From NCBI GenBank assembly GCA_965248695.1, contig CBDFKD010000002.1:704001-768000 (forward strand): 64,000 nt of DNA, written 5' to 3'. Position 1 is the first letter of the stretch. Every line of letters starts with the position of its first letter. This DNA is from Acidobacteriota bacterium (GTDB lineage: Bacteria > Acidobacteriota > UBA890 > WLXD01). A program made the translations under genes and the position numbers. The notes under the pieces were generated by a model that saw only the letters and a list, made by a program, of their open reading frames with translations, searched no databases and was not told where the DNA came from. Below, piece by piece: positions 39,494 to 51,213 of this stretch.

Positions 39494-40476
39494 GCGCTCC
39501 GCTGCTGCACCGTCCTCGCCGCCTCCGCCGATCCGCCGTACTGCGGGCGGCGGTGCGGGAAACGCACGTTCGCCCCGAGCAGCTGATGATGCCCCACTTC
39601 ATCCTGCCGCAGCCGGGAGCCGAAGAGAGCATCCCCTCGATGCCGGGGATCGACCGCCTCGGAACCGACAAGCTACTGCCGCGCGTCGAGGCCGATCTGC
39701 GACTCGGTATTGGCTCAGTGTTGCTGTTCGGCCTGGCGCCCGCGGGACAGAAAGACAGCCGCGGCTCCGCAGCAAGCGACGCTGCCGGAAGCCAGGCAAA
39801 GGCTATCGGCGAGCTCAAGCGCGCCTTCGGCGCCGATCTTGTCGTGGTGACCGACGTCTGCTTGTGCGGGTTCACCGACCATGGCCACTGTGGCATCGTC
39901 GACGGACACAGCGTGGTGAACGATCCGAGCGTCGATCGCCTCGTCGAGGTGGCACTGACCCACGCCGAGGCCGGGGCAGATCTGGTGGCACCGAGTGACA
40001 TGATGGACGGCCGTGTCGGCGCGATTCGGCGAGCCCTCGACAAGAGTGGTTTCGTCGACACCGGGATTCTGGCCTACTCGGTCAAGTACGCCTCCGCCTA
40101 CTATGGTCCGTTCCGCGACGCCGCCGACTCGGCCCCGCAGTTCGGCGATCGGCGCAGCTACCAGATGGACCCGCCCAACGTCCGTGAGGCCGTGCGGGAG
40201 GTGCGCCTGGACGAGAAGGAAGGGGCCGACGCCGTGATGGTGAAGCCCGCTCTCGCCTACCTCGACGTGGTGCGCGCGGTGCGGGCCGAGACCATGCTGC
40301 CGCTGGCCGCCTACAACGTCTCCGGCGAATACTCCGCCGTGAAGGCGGCCGCCGAGCGGGGCTGGCTCGACGAGCCCGCGGTGGTCGTCGAGAACCTCGT
40401 GGCCATGCGCCGCGCCGGCGCCGATATCCTGATCAGCTATCACGCCCGGCAGGCACTAGAGGAGGGCTGGCTATGA
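39490..40476 (+). CDS. hemB: Porphobilinogen synthase (Zn-type)
   Basis: RPRRLR, DVCLCGFTDHGHCG, APSDMMDGR, MVKPA, YNVSGEY. Confidence 0.96.
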   Translation: MSAPLLHRPRRLRRSAVLRAAVRETHVRPEQLMMPHFILPQPGAEESIPSMPGIDRLGTDKLLPRVEADLRLGIGSVLLFGLAPAGQKDSRGSAASDAAGSQAKAIGELKRAFGADLVVVTDVCLCGFTDHGHCGIVDGHSVVNDPSVDRLVEVALTHAEAGADLVAPSDMMDGRVGAIRRALDKSGFVDTGILAYSVKYASAYYGPFRDAADSAPQFGDRRSYQMDPPNVREAVREVRLDEKEGADAVMVKPALAYLDVVRAVRAETMLPLAAYNVSGEYSAVKAAAERGWLDEPAVVVENLVAMRRAGADILISYHARQALEEGWL

Positions 40477-41774
40477 GCTCCAACTCGCTGGCCGTCTCAC
40501 TTCGAGAGCGGGCTGTCCGGGTCATGCCGGGGGGTGTGAGCTCTCCCGTGCGAGCCTTTCGAGCAGTGGGCGGCGAGGCGCTCATCGTCGAGCGCGGCGA
40601 CGGCTGCCACCTGACCTCGGTGGACGGCCGTCGGCTGATCGACTTCGTATGCTCCTGGGGGCCGTTGGTGCTCGGGCACGCCCATCCGGAGATTGTAACC
40701 GCGATCGAGGAGGCCGCCAGGCGCGGCACCAGCTACGGCGCGACCTGCCCGGACGAGATCGCGCTGGCCGAGCTGATGTGCGCCACCTATCCGGGCCTCG
40801 ATCAGGTGCGCTTCGTGTCATCCGGGACGGAGGCCACGATGAGCGCCCTCCGTGTTGCCCGTGGGGCCACAGGGCGCGACCTGGTGGTGAAGTTCGCGGG
40901 CTGCTACCACGGTCACGTGGACCATTTGCTGGTAGCGGCGGGCTCCGGACTGGCAACGTTCGGTCAGCCGGACTCCTCGGGCGTTCCTGACGCCTTCGCC
41001 TCGCTCACCCGCGTACTCCCGCTCGACGACGAGGGCGCGCTGGAGGAGCTCTTCCGTGCCGATGGCGAGCAGATCGCCGCGGTCATTCTTGAGCCCGTGC
41101 CGGCGAACAACGGGCTGCTGCTTCAGCGGCCGGAGTTCCTTCGCCGCATTCGGCAGCTCACTGCCGAGCACGGCGCTCTGCTCATCTTCGACGAGGTTAT
41201 CTCGGGTTTTCGCCTCGCCCCGGGCGGCGCCGCCGAGCATTACGGGATCGAGCCTGACCTGGCCTGTTTCGGGAAGGTGATCGGCGGTGGCCTGCCGGTC
41301 GGTGCGTTCGGCGGGCGTGTCGACCTGATGCGGCAACTGGCTCCAGAGGGAGGCGTCTATCAGGCCGGCACTCTTTCCGGCAATCCGCTAGCGATGGCAG
41401 CCGGCCTGGCGACGCTACGAATCTTGCAGCGTGAGGAGGCTTGGGGCCGCCTCGAGGTGCTCGGTGCCCATTTGCAGCGCCGTTTCGAGCTCGCCATAGA
41501 CGACCCTTCGGTATCGCTGGTGCGTGCCGGATCGGTGTTCTGGCTGGCGCTACAAGCGGGACAACCACCACGGCGCCCCGATGCGATTGGCCCCGACGCG
41601 GCGGATCGCTACCGGTCGATCTTCCACTCGTTGCTCGCGTCCGGAGTCTACCTGGCGCCGTCCGCCTACGAGGTGGGATTCCTGTCCTTGGCGCATTCCG
41701 AGGCCGAGATCGACCTGCTCGTAGACGCCTTGGTCCGGGCGCTACGAACCGAATCGACGGGAACGGACCAATGA
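40473..41774 (+). CDS. hemL: Glutamate-1-semialdehyde 2,1-aminomutase
   Basis: PGGVSSPVRAF, SGTEATM, GCYHGH, GKVIGGGLPVG, QAGTLSGNP. Confidence 0.96.
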   Translation: MSSNSLAVSLRERAVRVMPGGVSSPVRAFRAVGGEALIVERGDGCHLTSVDGRRLIDFVCSWGPLVLGHAHPEIVTAIEEAARRGTSYGATCPDEIALAELMCATYPGLDQVRFVSSGTEATMSALRVARGATGRDLVVKFAGCYHGHVDHLLVAAGSGLATFGQPDSSGVPDAFASLTRVLPLDDEGALEELFRADGEQIAAVILEPVPANNGLLLQRPEFLRRIRQLTAEHGALLIFDEVISGFRLAPGGAAEHYGIEPDLACFGKVIGGGLPVGAFGGRVDLMRQLAPEGGVYQAGTLSGNPLAMAAGLATLRILQREEAWGRLEVLGAHLQRRFELAIDDPSVSLVRAGSVFWLALQAGQPPRRPDAIGPDAADRYRSIFHSLLASGVYLAPSAYEVGFLSLAHSEAEIDLLVDALVRALRTESTGTDQ

Positions 41775-42490
41775 ACGCCGATTCCATGCCACGAGTCCTG
41801 GTCGTCGAGGACGAGATCGATCTGGGCGACACGATCCGCGACAACCTCCTGGCCGAGGGCTGCCAGGTAGATTTGGCACGCTCCGGGTTGGAGTCGCTGG
41901 CGCTGGCGCGCGACCATCCCTACGACTTGATCCTCCTGGACGTGATGATGCCGCCACCGGACGGTTTTTCGGTCTGCGAGACCCTTCGTTGCGAGGGGCA
42001 CACGGTGCCGATCCTGTTTCTGACTGCGCGCGCCGGTCCACAAGATCGCATCCGTGGTCTCGAGGCCGGTGGCGACGACTACCTGACCAAGCCCTTCCAC
42101 CTGCGCGAGTTGTTGTTGCGCGTCAACGCCCTGCTGCGCCGCGGTACCGTTCGCGGCCAGGCACCGACAATCCGCTTCGGCGACAACCGCTTCGATCTAG
42201 AGACCGGGCGAGCGGTGGCCTGGGATGGAGCCGAGCATCGGGTCGCCGGTAGGGAAGCCGCCATCCTCGCCCTCTTGAGCGAACGGGAGAACGAGTCGCT
42301 GAGCCGTGACACGATTCTCCAGGAGGTCTGGCGCCACGACGTCTATCCGTCGACACGAGTGATCGATGAGCTCATCGACCGACTTCGGCGCCGCTTCGAG
42401 CCGCAGCCCGACCGGCCACGGCACTTTCACCGGGTAGCCGGACGCGAATACCGGTTCACTCGCGAGCCAAGAGGTAGCGAGTGCTCCTGA
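41771..42490 (+). CDS. OmpR/PhoB-family response regulator
   Basis: VVEDE, LLDVMMP, FLTAR, DYLTKPF receiver motifs plus winged-helix C-terminus. Confidence 0.92.
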   Translation: MNADSMPRVLVVEDEIDLGDTIRDNLLAEGCQVDLARSGLESLALARDHPYDLILLDVMMPPPDGFSVCETLRCEGHTVPILFLTARAGPQDRIRGLEAGGDDYLTKPFHLRELLLRVNALLRRGTVRGQAPTIRFGDNRFDLETGRAVAWDGAEHRVAGREAAILALLSERENESLSRDTILQEVWRHDVYPSTRVIDELIDRLRRRFEPQPDRPRHFHRVAGREYRFTREPRGSECS

Positions 42491-42670
42491 TCATAAGTAC
42501 GGTGACGTTTGCCGGAGCTTCGCTCCTGCCCTACGGGTGGCGGCGGGACCGGCCGTGTTGGGTGTCGCGGCTCCTCGACGATACACCCGGCATCGCCCTC
42601 GTCGCCGCTCCTACAAATCGTTCCAGTCGCGCTCGCCACAAACGTCACCGTACTCACAATCAGGAGCACT
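42480..42670. mobile_element. Small MITE-like element with 32-bp imperfect terminal inverted repeats
   Basis: AGTGCTCCTGATCATAAGTACGGTGACGTTTG (42480-42511) versus reverse complement of 42639-42670, 29/32 identical; CTAG at the right end, CGAG at the left. Confidence 0.72.
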
Positions 42671-42671
42671 A

Positions 42672-43745
42672 GTGCGAGATCTGATGGTGCGCGCCTTGCG
42701 CGCCGAGCCGGTGCCACGCCGACCGATCTGGTTAATGCGTCAGGCCGGGCGAATGCTGCCCGAGTATCGCCGCCTGCGCGAGCGTCACTCGTTCCTCGAG
42801 CTGTGCGCCCAGCCCGAGCTGGCGACCGAAGTAACGCTCATGCCGGTACAGCGCTTCCCGCTTGATGCCGCGATCGTCTTCGCCGACCTCATGAGCCCGG
42901 TGGCCGCCATGGGCATCGAGGTGAAGTTCGCGCCCGGTCCGATCGTCGATCAGCCGCTACGCGATGCCGCCGCGATCCGATCGTTGCTGCATCCGGACGC
43001 GCAGGAGATCGCACCCGAGGTGATCGAGACGATACGACTCGTTACCCGGGAGCTCGGCGGTCGCATTCCCGTCCTCGGGTTCGCCGGCGGTCCGTGGAGC
43101 ATTGCCGCCTATCTCGTACAAGGTGACGGCCGGCGGGAGTTCCCGGCCCTGCGCGCCATGGCCGCAGCCGAGCCCCGAGTACTGAACGACTTGCTTGCCC
43201 AACTGGCGGCGGTCTGCGCCGACTACCTCGTGGAGCAGGCTCGCGCCGGGGCGGCGGCGGTGCAGGTGTTCGAGACCTGGTCCGGCCTTCTGTCACGGCC
43301 CGATTGGGAGCGGCTGGTCAAGCCGCATCTGCGCACCCTGCTCGAGCGTGTCGGCCGCGCCGGCGTGCCGCGCATCCTGTTCCTCAAGCACGCGGCACAC
43401 CTCGTGGATGCAGCACTGGATCTTCCAGTGGAAGTACTCTCGGTTGACTGGCGCGTCGATCTGCCGACGCTTCAGCGCCGGCTGGGACCAGGACGCGCAG
43501 TACAGGGCAACCTCGACCCGGCCGTCCTTGTTGCTGGCCCGGAGGCGACTCGCGCCGCCGCCCGGACCCTCCTGGAGCGCACCGCACCGACAGGGCACGT
43601 GTTCAATCTCGGTCACGGCGTGCTGCCCGAGACGCCGCTGGACAGCGTCGAGGCGTTGATCGAAGAGGTCCACGCTGCCGGCGACAGTGTGCCGCCGGGG
43701 CCGGTCGCCAGTGCTAGCGCACCGGTGGAGGTACCGAATGGCTAA
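42672..43745 (+). CDS. hemE: Uroporphyrinogen decarboxylase
   Basis: PIWLMRQAGR, AAIVFADL, QGNLDP, FNLGHG. Confidence 0.96.
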   Translation: MRDLMVRALRAEPVPRRPIWLMRQAGRMLPEYRRLRERHSFLELCAQPELATEVTLMPVQRFPLDAAIVFADLMSPVAAMGIEVKFAPGPIVDQPLRDAAAIRSLLHPDAQEIAPEVIETIRLVTRELGGRIPVLGFAGGPWSIAAYLVQGDGRREFPALRAMAAAEPRVLNDLLAQLAAVCADYLVEQARAGAAAVQVFETWSGLLSRPDWERLVKPHLRTLLERVGRAGVPRILFLKHAAHLVDAALDLPVEVLSVDWRVDLPTLQRRLGPGRAVQGNLDPAVLVAGPEATRAAARTLLERTAPTGHVFNLGHGVLPETPLDSVEALIEEVHAAGDSVPPGPVASASAPVEVPNG

Positions 43746-45150
43746 TCCGCACGAACCGTCCCCTGCGCCGCTCCGTGGTGTGACCGCAGAGTTGCTGGCC
43801 CGCTACGACCGGCCGGGACCTCGCTACACCAGCTACCCGACCGCCGTGGAGTTCGGCGAGATGGACGCCGAAGCGTACGCGGGCCTGCTTCGGGCAGCGG
43901 ACCGGCGCCCAGACGACCCGCTATCGGTCTACATGCACCTGCCGTTTTGTGCCGAACTGTGCTTGTTCTGTGCCTGTCACGTTGTCATCACGCCGCACTA
44001 CGAGCGCGCTCTGCCGTACTTGGACTGTGTGCGACGGGAGATCGATCTGCTCGGTGAGCACTTGTCGCACCGCCGGGGCATCGCGCAGCTGCACCTCGGT
44101 GGGGGCACGCCGACCTACTATCGGCCGGATGACTTGACCGCCCTGCTGTCTTACTTGCTGGAGCGCTTTCCGGCGCGCAGCGGTGCCGAGCTCGCGGTCG
44201 AGGTCGACCCGCGGGTGACCTCGCTGGAGCATATCGACGCGCTTGCGGATCTCGGCTTCAACCGGTTATCGATGGGGATCCAGGACTTCTCCCCGGACGT
44301 ACAGGAGGCGATCAACCGCCGCCAGGGCCGCGAGCCGACCGAGCGACTGCTCAGCCACGCGCGCGCGCGCGGCTTCAGGGGGCTCAACGCCGATCTGATC
44401 TACGGCCTTCCGCACCAGACGATGGAAGGATTCAGCTCCACCGTAGACGCCGTGATCGAGATGGATCTGGATCGCGTCGCCGTCTATTCGTTTGCCTTCG
44501 TGCCATGGATGAGGGGGCATCAACGCAAGTTGCAGGAGGAAACTTTCCCGGATCGGGCCACCAAGCTGGCACTCTTCGCCATGGCGCGGGAGCGTTTCCT
44601 CGAAGCTGGCTACGAGCCGGTCGGGATGGACCATTTCGCACGCTCCGATGATGAGCTTGCTCGCGCCCGGCGAACGCATGAGCTGCGACGCAACTTCCAG
44701 GGCTACAGCGTCATACCGGCCCCGGACGTGATTGGCCTCGGCGTCTCGGCCATCGGCGACGTCGGTGGCAGCTACGTGCAGAACGAAAAGAAGCTCTCGG
44801 GCTACCAGGCGGCCGTCGAGGCCGGGCTGCTGCCGATTCGAAAAGGGGTGCGCCGCCTCCCCGACGACGAGCTCCGGCGCCATGTTATCCACGAGCTGAT
44901 GTGCAACTTCAGGGTCGATATCGCCGCCGTGGAGAAGCGCTATGAGATCGACTTCCACGACTACTTCGAGGAGGACCTTCGGAGCCTCCAGCAACACGTA
45001 GAGGAAGGCACGGCTGAGATAACCGAAGGCACTATCCGCGCCACTCCATTGGGCGAGCTCTTCGTCCGCAACCTGGCCATGTGCTTCGACCGCTACTGGC
45101 GGGAGAAACACCAGCACGGAGGGAAGCCCGTCTTCAGCAAGACCGTCTGA
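43738..45150 (+). CDS. hemN: Oxygen-independent coproporphyrinogen III oxidase (radical SAM)
   Basis: GPRYTSYPTA, HLPFCAELCLFCAC, GGGTP, GMDHFA, RRNFQGY. Confidence 0.96.
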   Translation: MANPHEPSPAPLRGVTAELLARYDRPGPRYTSYPTAVEFGEMDAEAYAGLLRAADRRPDDPLSVYMHLPFCAELCLFCACHVVITPHYERALPYLDCVRREIDLLGEHLSHRRGIAQLHLGGGTPTYYRPDDLTALLSYLLERFPARSGAELAVEVDPRVTSLEHIDALADLGFNRLSMGIQDFSPDVQEAINRRQGREPTERLLSHARARGFRGLNADLIYGLPHQTMEGFSSTVDAVIEMDLDRVAVYSFAFVPWMRGHQRKLQEETFPDRATKLALFAMARERFLEAGYEPVGMDHFARSDDELARARRTHELRRNFQGYSVIPAPDVIGLGVSAIGDVGGSYVQNEKKLSGYQAAVEAGLLPIRKGVRRLPDDELRRHVIHELMCNFRVDIAAVEKRYEIDFHDYFEEDLRSLQQHVEEGTAEITEGTIRATPLGELFVRNLAMCFDRYWREKHQHGGKPVFSKTV

Positions 45151-46562
45151 TGGCCAAGCGACTCGTGGTGATCGGCGGCGGCATCTCGGGGTTGGCGGCC
45201 GCGCATGCGGCTGCGGCGGAGACTGAGGGTGTGGAGATCGTCGTCCTCGAGCGCGCCTCCGAGGTGGGCGGTCGCTGCACCTCGCTACAGGAGGACGGCT
45301 GGCTCGTCGAGGGCGGTCCTGGTGGGTACCTCGACACCGAGCCGAGCGTCGTCGACCTGGTGCACCGCGCCGGGATCGAGGAAGAGCTAGTACGAGCCGA
45401 GCCCGGGGCAGCGCGCCGCTTTATTTACCGAAGCGGTCGACTTCACGAGATAGGGCCGAGTCTCCTCAAACCGTTGCGCAGCGGCTTGCTCGGCATCGGC
45501 GGCCTCCTCCGCGCCGCTGGGGAGCCGGTGGTTCCCCGGCGCAGCTCCGACGGTGAGGAGAGCATCCTCGAGTTCTGTCGTCGACGGTTCGGACGGCAGG
45601 TCGCCGAGCGCATCGTCCACACGGCCATGCTGGGGATCTTCGCTGGCGATGCCGCCCGGCTCTCGGTCGATGCCTGCTTTCCGGAGTTGCGGCAACTGGA
45701 GCGGGAGCACGGCTCTGTGCTGCGCGGCGCACTAGCGCGGCGGCGGGCAAGGCGGCGGCAGGCAGCGGAGAACGGCGCCCTGCCCAGCCGTAGGTTGACC
45801 TCCTTCCGAGGGGGCCTCCAGCAACTACCGCTGGCGCTCGCGCGTGATGCTCGCATCGACGTTCGAACCCGGGCCGCGGTGGTGGGGGTACGCAGGCTCG
45901 TCGACACCACCGAGCGGGAAGGCCACAAGCCAGGCGGCTATGTGCTCGAGATCCACGACGCTGCCCCGCTTCGAGCTGACGCAGTGGTCGTCGCCACACC
46001 CGTGCAGGTTGCCTCACGGCTGTTCGCGGAGCTGTCTCCCGAGGCCGGCCGGCTCCTCGGGCAGGTACCGGTGCCGCCGGTTGCGGTCGTCGCCCTAGGC
46101 TTCGCCGAACCGGCCGCGAGCCAGTTTCCACCGGGCTTCGGCGTGCTGGTGTCGCGCGGTGAGGGCGTGCGCATGCTTGGCTGCCTGTGGGAGTCGCATA
46201 TCTACCCGGGACGCAGCCCGGAGGGGAGCTTCTTGGCACGCGCAATGTTCGGCGGAGGTCTCGACCCCGCGGTTGCCGATCTGGACGACGAGAGGCTACT
46301 GGCGCTGGCCCGGTCGGAGCTGAGCACCGTGCTCGGCATCGATGCGGCGCCGGTCTTCAGCCGTATCGTCCGCTGGCCACACGCCATCCCCCAGTACGAG
46401 ATCGGCCACCTGGCCATCGTGCAACGTGTACGCAGCGAGCTGAGCTCCCTGCCAGGCGTTTTCCTTGCGGGTGATGCGCTCGAAGGGGTCTCCTTCCCCA
46501 AGACCGCGACAGCGGGGATTCGCCAGGGGACCAAGGCGGCCCGTCACCTCGCGGATCTATAG
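45150..46562 (+). CDS. hemY: FAD-dependent (proto/copro)porphyrinogen oxidase, HemY type
   Basis: IGGGISGLAAA, GIFAGDA, GFGVLV, RWPHAIPQY. Confidence 0.92.
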   Translation: MAKRLVVIGGGISGLAAAHAAAAETEGVEIVVLERASEVGGRCTSLQEDGWLVEGGPGGYLDTEPSVVDLVHRAGIEEELVRAEPGAARRFIYRSGRLHEIGPSLLKPLRSGLLGIGGLLRAAGEPVVPRRSSDGEESILEFCRRRFGRQVAERIVHTAMLGIFAGDAARLSVDACFPELRQLEREHGSVLRGALARRRARRRQAAENGALPSRRLTSFRGGLQQLPLALARDARIDVRTRAAVVGVRRLVDTTEREGHKPGGYVLEIHDAAPLRADAVVVATPVQVASRLFAELSPEAGRLLGQVPVPPVAVVALGFAEPAASQFPPGFGVLVSRGEGVRMLGCLWESHIYPGRSPEGSFLARAMFGGGLDPAVADLDDERLLALARSELSTVLGIDAAPVFSRIVRWPHAIPQYEIGHLAIVQRVRSELSSLPGVFLAGDALEGVSFPKTATAGIRQGTKAARHLADL

Positions 46563-46707
46563 CTGGTCACGGTGCCAGTAAAGCGGCCCCTGTGGCCGGT
46601 CCCGCGGCCTTGAGCTCGTCGAGCTCCAGCGGAAGCCTCCGTGCCTTCCGGATCCGACCGCTCACCGTATCAGCAGGCGAGCCCCGACTCCGCCTGCTCG
46701 AGCCCGG

Positions 46708-47115
46708 TCAGCCGAAGGGGTCGACGACGCGTACTCCGGCGGCCTCGAAGTCCCGTCGGTTACGGCTGGCAACCATCAAGTCATGCTCGAGCGCCGTGGC
46801 TGCGATCAGACTGTCCTTGATCGGCATTGATCGCCCCGTCTTGCGCAAATCGGCGAGGAGACGCGCCCACCGTAGGCCTGTGGAAGCCTCCCACGCCAGG
46901 CACCGGATTTGCCTCACGCCTGACTCGAACCAGTGCTCCAGTGCGCGGCGGCGCTTGCCGCCCGGTAACAGGAGCAGGCCGAAGCGAATCTCGCCGAGAA
47001 TCATGGGATCGACGGCAAGCTCACGTTCGTGGGCGTGCAGCCACGCGACCACCCGCGGTGCGGGCTCGGGCTTTGTTGCCTCGCTCAATACGTTGGCGTC
47101 AACCAGGTAGATCAA
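46708..47115 (-). CDS. vapC: PIN-domain toxin VapC
   Basis: YLVDANVLSE, GEIRFG, DSLIAATAL, SRNRRDF. Confidence 0.92.
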   Translation of the reverse strand: MIYLVDANVLSEATKPEPAPRVVAWLHAHERELAVDPMILGEIRFGLLLLPGGKRRRALEHWFESGVRQIRCLAWEASTGLRWARLLADLRKTGRSMPIKDSLIAATALEHDLMVASRNRRDFEAAGVRVVDPFG

Positions 47116-47342
47116 AGCGCGTCGGTCGACTCTGACTCGATCGGAACGAAGTAGCCTTTGGCCGGACAGTCCAGCAGCCAGTCGACCAGCCCCTCGTTCG
47201 CTGGCGGCTCTCGTCTCACGAGCCGGTATTCGCCGCGATCGATGCGCTCGATCTCGAACTCCTGCCCGGGCTCAATCCCGTCCTGTTGGCGGAAGTCGGC
47301 TGGCACTACGATCTGACCTTTGGTCGAAATGGTTGTTCTCAT
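47112..47342 (-). CDS. vapB: AbrB/MazE-type antitoxin VapB
   Basis: ISTKGQIVVPADFRQQDGI swapped-hairpin motif; overlaps vapC start. Confidence 0.88.
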   Translation of the reverse strand: MRTTISTKGQIVVPADFRQQDGIEPGQEFEIERIDRGEYRLVRREPPANEGLVDWLLDCPAKGYFVPIESESTDAL

Positions 47343-47345
47343 TCG

Positions 47346-47364
47346 GGTAAGATATCGTCTTACC
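47346..47364. promoter_or_regulatory. Palindromic vapBC operator
   Basis: GGTAAGA-N5-TCTTACC immediately upstream of the antitoxin ATG. Confidence 0.65.
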
Positions 47365-47562
47365 GATGGGATTTCGAGACAGTTCTGCCCTCATCCCAGT
47401 TAGACGGCCAGTTGACCTCGGCTAGCACCGGTACTCTGTGCTCACCCTCCTGCCGGACGGGAGCTACGGAGAATAGCCGATGAGCTCGTCTGCAAGCCGG
47501 CTAGTAGTAGCGCGACCCCGGACGGCAAGCCGATCTGAGCCATCGGCCTTGCCCGGTAGCCA

Positions 47563-48300
47563 TCACCGCTCGCTGCCTTGCCGGACCGCAGTGGCAGGGC
47601 TGCACCGTGGCCTCAGGAAGCTCTCCAGGAATGTGTCTAGCGGCTGTCCGTGGTCGACATCGTCTTCGCCCCAGGCGTGCGGCGGCGTTTCCTGGCGCGG
47701 CCAGAATCCCCACGGCCCCTGCGCCCCGACGTAGGCGATCATGCCGTCCGCATCGACGACGAACAGGCGCTCGGGCCAGGCGCTCCAGCGCTCAGCGACG
47801 GTGTCGTCCATCGAGTCGACAACGATGGGGAAGGGCAGCTCGAGCATGGCGCACGCCTGTCCGGCTGCGGCGCTGCGCTCGTCGCTGTTGCGGGCGTCGG
47901 CAATGATTGACCAGCCGGAATCGTCCATGCGCCAGCCGTCCGTCGAGTGGGCCTCGCGGATGTAGATCATGAGGAACTCGACACGGTCGCCGAAACGCTC
48001 GTGCAACGCGATGACGTCAACTGACGCCTTGGAGAACGGTCCTCAGGTCAGTGACCCGAAGACCAACACCACCGGCCGATGCCCTCGGTACGACGAAAGG
48101 CGCACGCTGCCGATCCCGTCGAAGCGTTGGAGCTCGAAATCCGGGCCCGTTTCGCCGACGACCGGGTGATTGTTCTGGCGCTCGGTGATCAGCGCGTAGC
48201 CGTCGGCTCTGTCGGTTACCGTCCTGCCGGCGAATCGATCCATCTCGCGTTGCTCCTCGTGACTACCGATCGTTTCTTTGACTTCGAGTCGATACTCCAT
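47563..48300 (-). CDS. Iodothyronine deiodinase-like thioredoxin-fold selenoprotein (UGA = Sec at 48043-48045)
   Basis: Reading through TGA gives RPVVLVFGSLT-U-GPF...FLMIYIREAHSTDGW...AWPERLFVV, the deiodinase signature; SECIS-like hairpin GGCGUC-AGUU-GACGUC begins 14 nt after the UGA. Confidence 0.85.
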
Positions 48301-48349
48301 TAGATACGGAACCTGGCTCGATTCCCATGCCCCCACGGAGGAGTCTCTG

Positions 48350-49680
48350 ATGACTCGTAGAAACCTGGTGTTGGCCTTCGTCTCGTTGCTCGTTCTCATC
48401 GTTCCGACACCGGGGGAGTCGCAAGAGGCGGAGCCCGTCCAGGTCATACGGGCCGGCCTCCTGGTGGATCCCGAGACGGGAACCGCGACGCCGGACCAGG
48501 TGATTCTCGTGCAGGGAGGCCGGATCGAGGCGGTGGTCTCGCCTGGCAGCGTCGACATCCCGGCCGACGCTGATGTCATCGACCTTTCCGATCTGACTGT
48601 CCTCGGCGGACTGGTCGACACCCACAATCACCTGGCGCTGACCTACAAGCAGGACCCCGAGAGCAACTACTACTACCTGACCTACGTCATGGATTCGACA
48701 CCGCTGCGGGCCATCCAGGCGGTGTCCAACGGCATGCAGATGCTGTCGTCGGGATTCACCGTCGTGCGCGACATGGGCAACAACGGCAACTACGCCGATA
48801 CCGCGTTGCGTCAGGCGATCGAGCAGGGATGGGTACCGGGGCCGACGATCATCAACTCGGGCATCATCATCGGCGGCATGGGCGGGCAGTTCTGGCCGAC
48901 GCCGGAGATGGGAATCGAGCACAACATCGTGTACCCCGAATACCTCGACGCGGATACCAACGACGAGATCGTCAAGGCGGTGCGCCAGAACATCCTCTAC
49001 GGGGCCACCGTCATCAAGATCTGTGTCGACTGCAAGCCGTATGGTTACACGGTCAGCGAGATGCAGCTGTTCGTCAGCGAGGCGGCGAAAGCCGGCATGA
49101 AGGTCGAGGGCCACGTGCAGACCCGCGACGGCGCCCGTCGCGCTATCGAGGCCGGGCTGTTCTCGCTAGCGCACTCGGAGGTTCTCGACGACGAGCTACA
49201 CAAAGCAATGGCGCTCAAAGGCATCTATCGCGCCGGTACCGAGACCCCCGCCATGCCCTACAACGGCACCTCGGAGGCGGACTTCGAGGATACCGTTGCT
49301 GGGCTTCGCAACGCTTTCGACAACGGCGTGCCGGTGACCTTCTCCACCGACGCCGACTACTACATCCCCGGGATGACGCGAGGCGAGTTGGTCATCGACT
49401 TCATCGAAACGTGGAAGGCGGCGGAGATCCCGGCTCCCGAGATCCTCAAGGCGATGACCACGACCGGCTACCGCTGTGCAGAGGTTTATGACGAGCGCGG
49501 CCCGATCAAGCCGGGCAACTACGCCGATCTGATCGCCGTGGAGGGCAACCCGCTACGCGACATCGACACGCTGCGTGACATCCGCTTCGTCATGCGCGAC
49601 GGCACGGTCTTCAAGCGTGATGGCGTCATGACGCCGGAGGCGTTTTTCCACGCCGGACCGGTGAACGGCTGGCGCATTCG

Positions 49681-49684
<4 letters not shown>
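48350..49684 (+). CDS. Secreted amidohydrolase family protein
   Basis: Signal peptide, GLVDTHNH, GFTVVRDMG, FSTDAD, IKPGNYADLIAVEGNPL. Confidence 0.9.
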
Positions 49685-51209
<1,525 letters not shown>

Positions 51210-51213
<4 letters not shown>

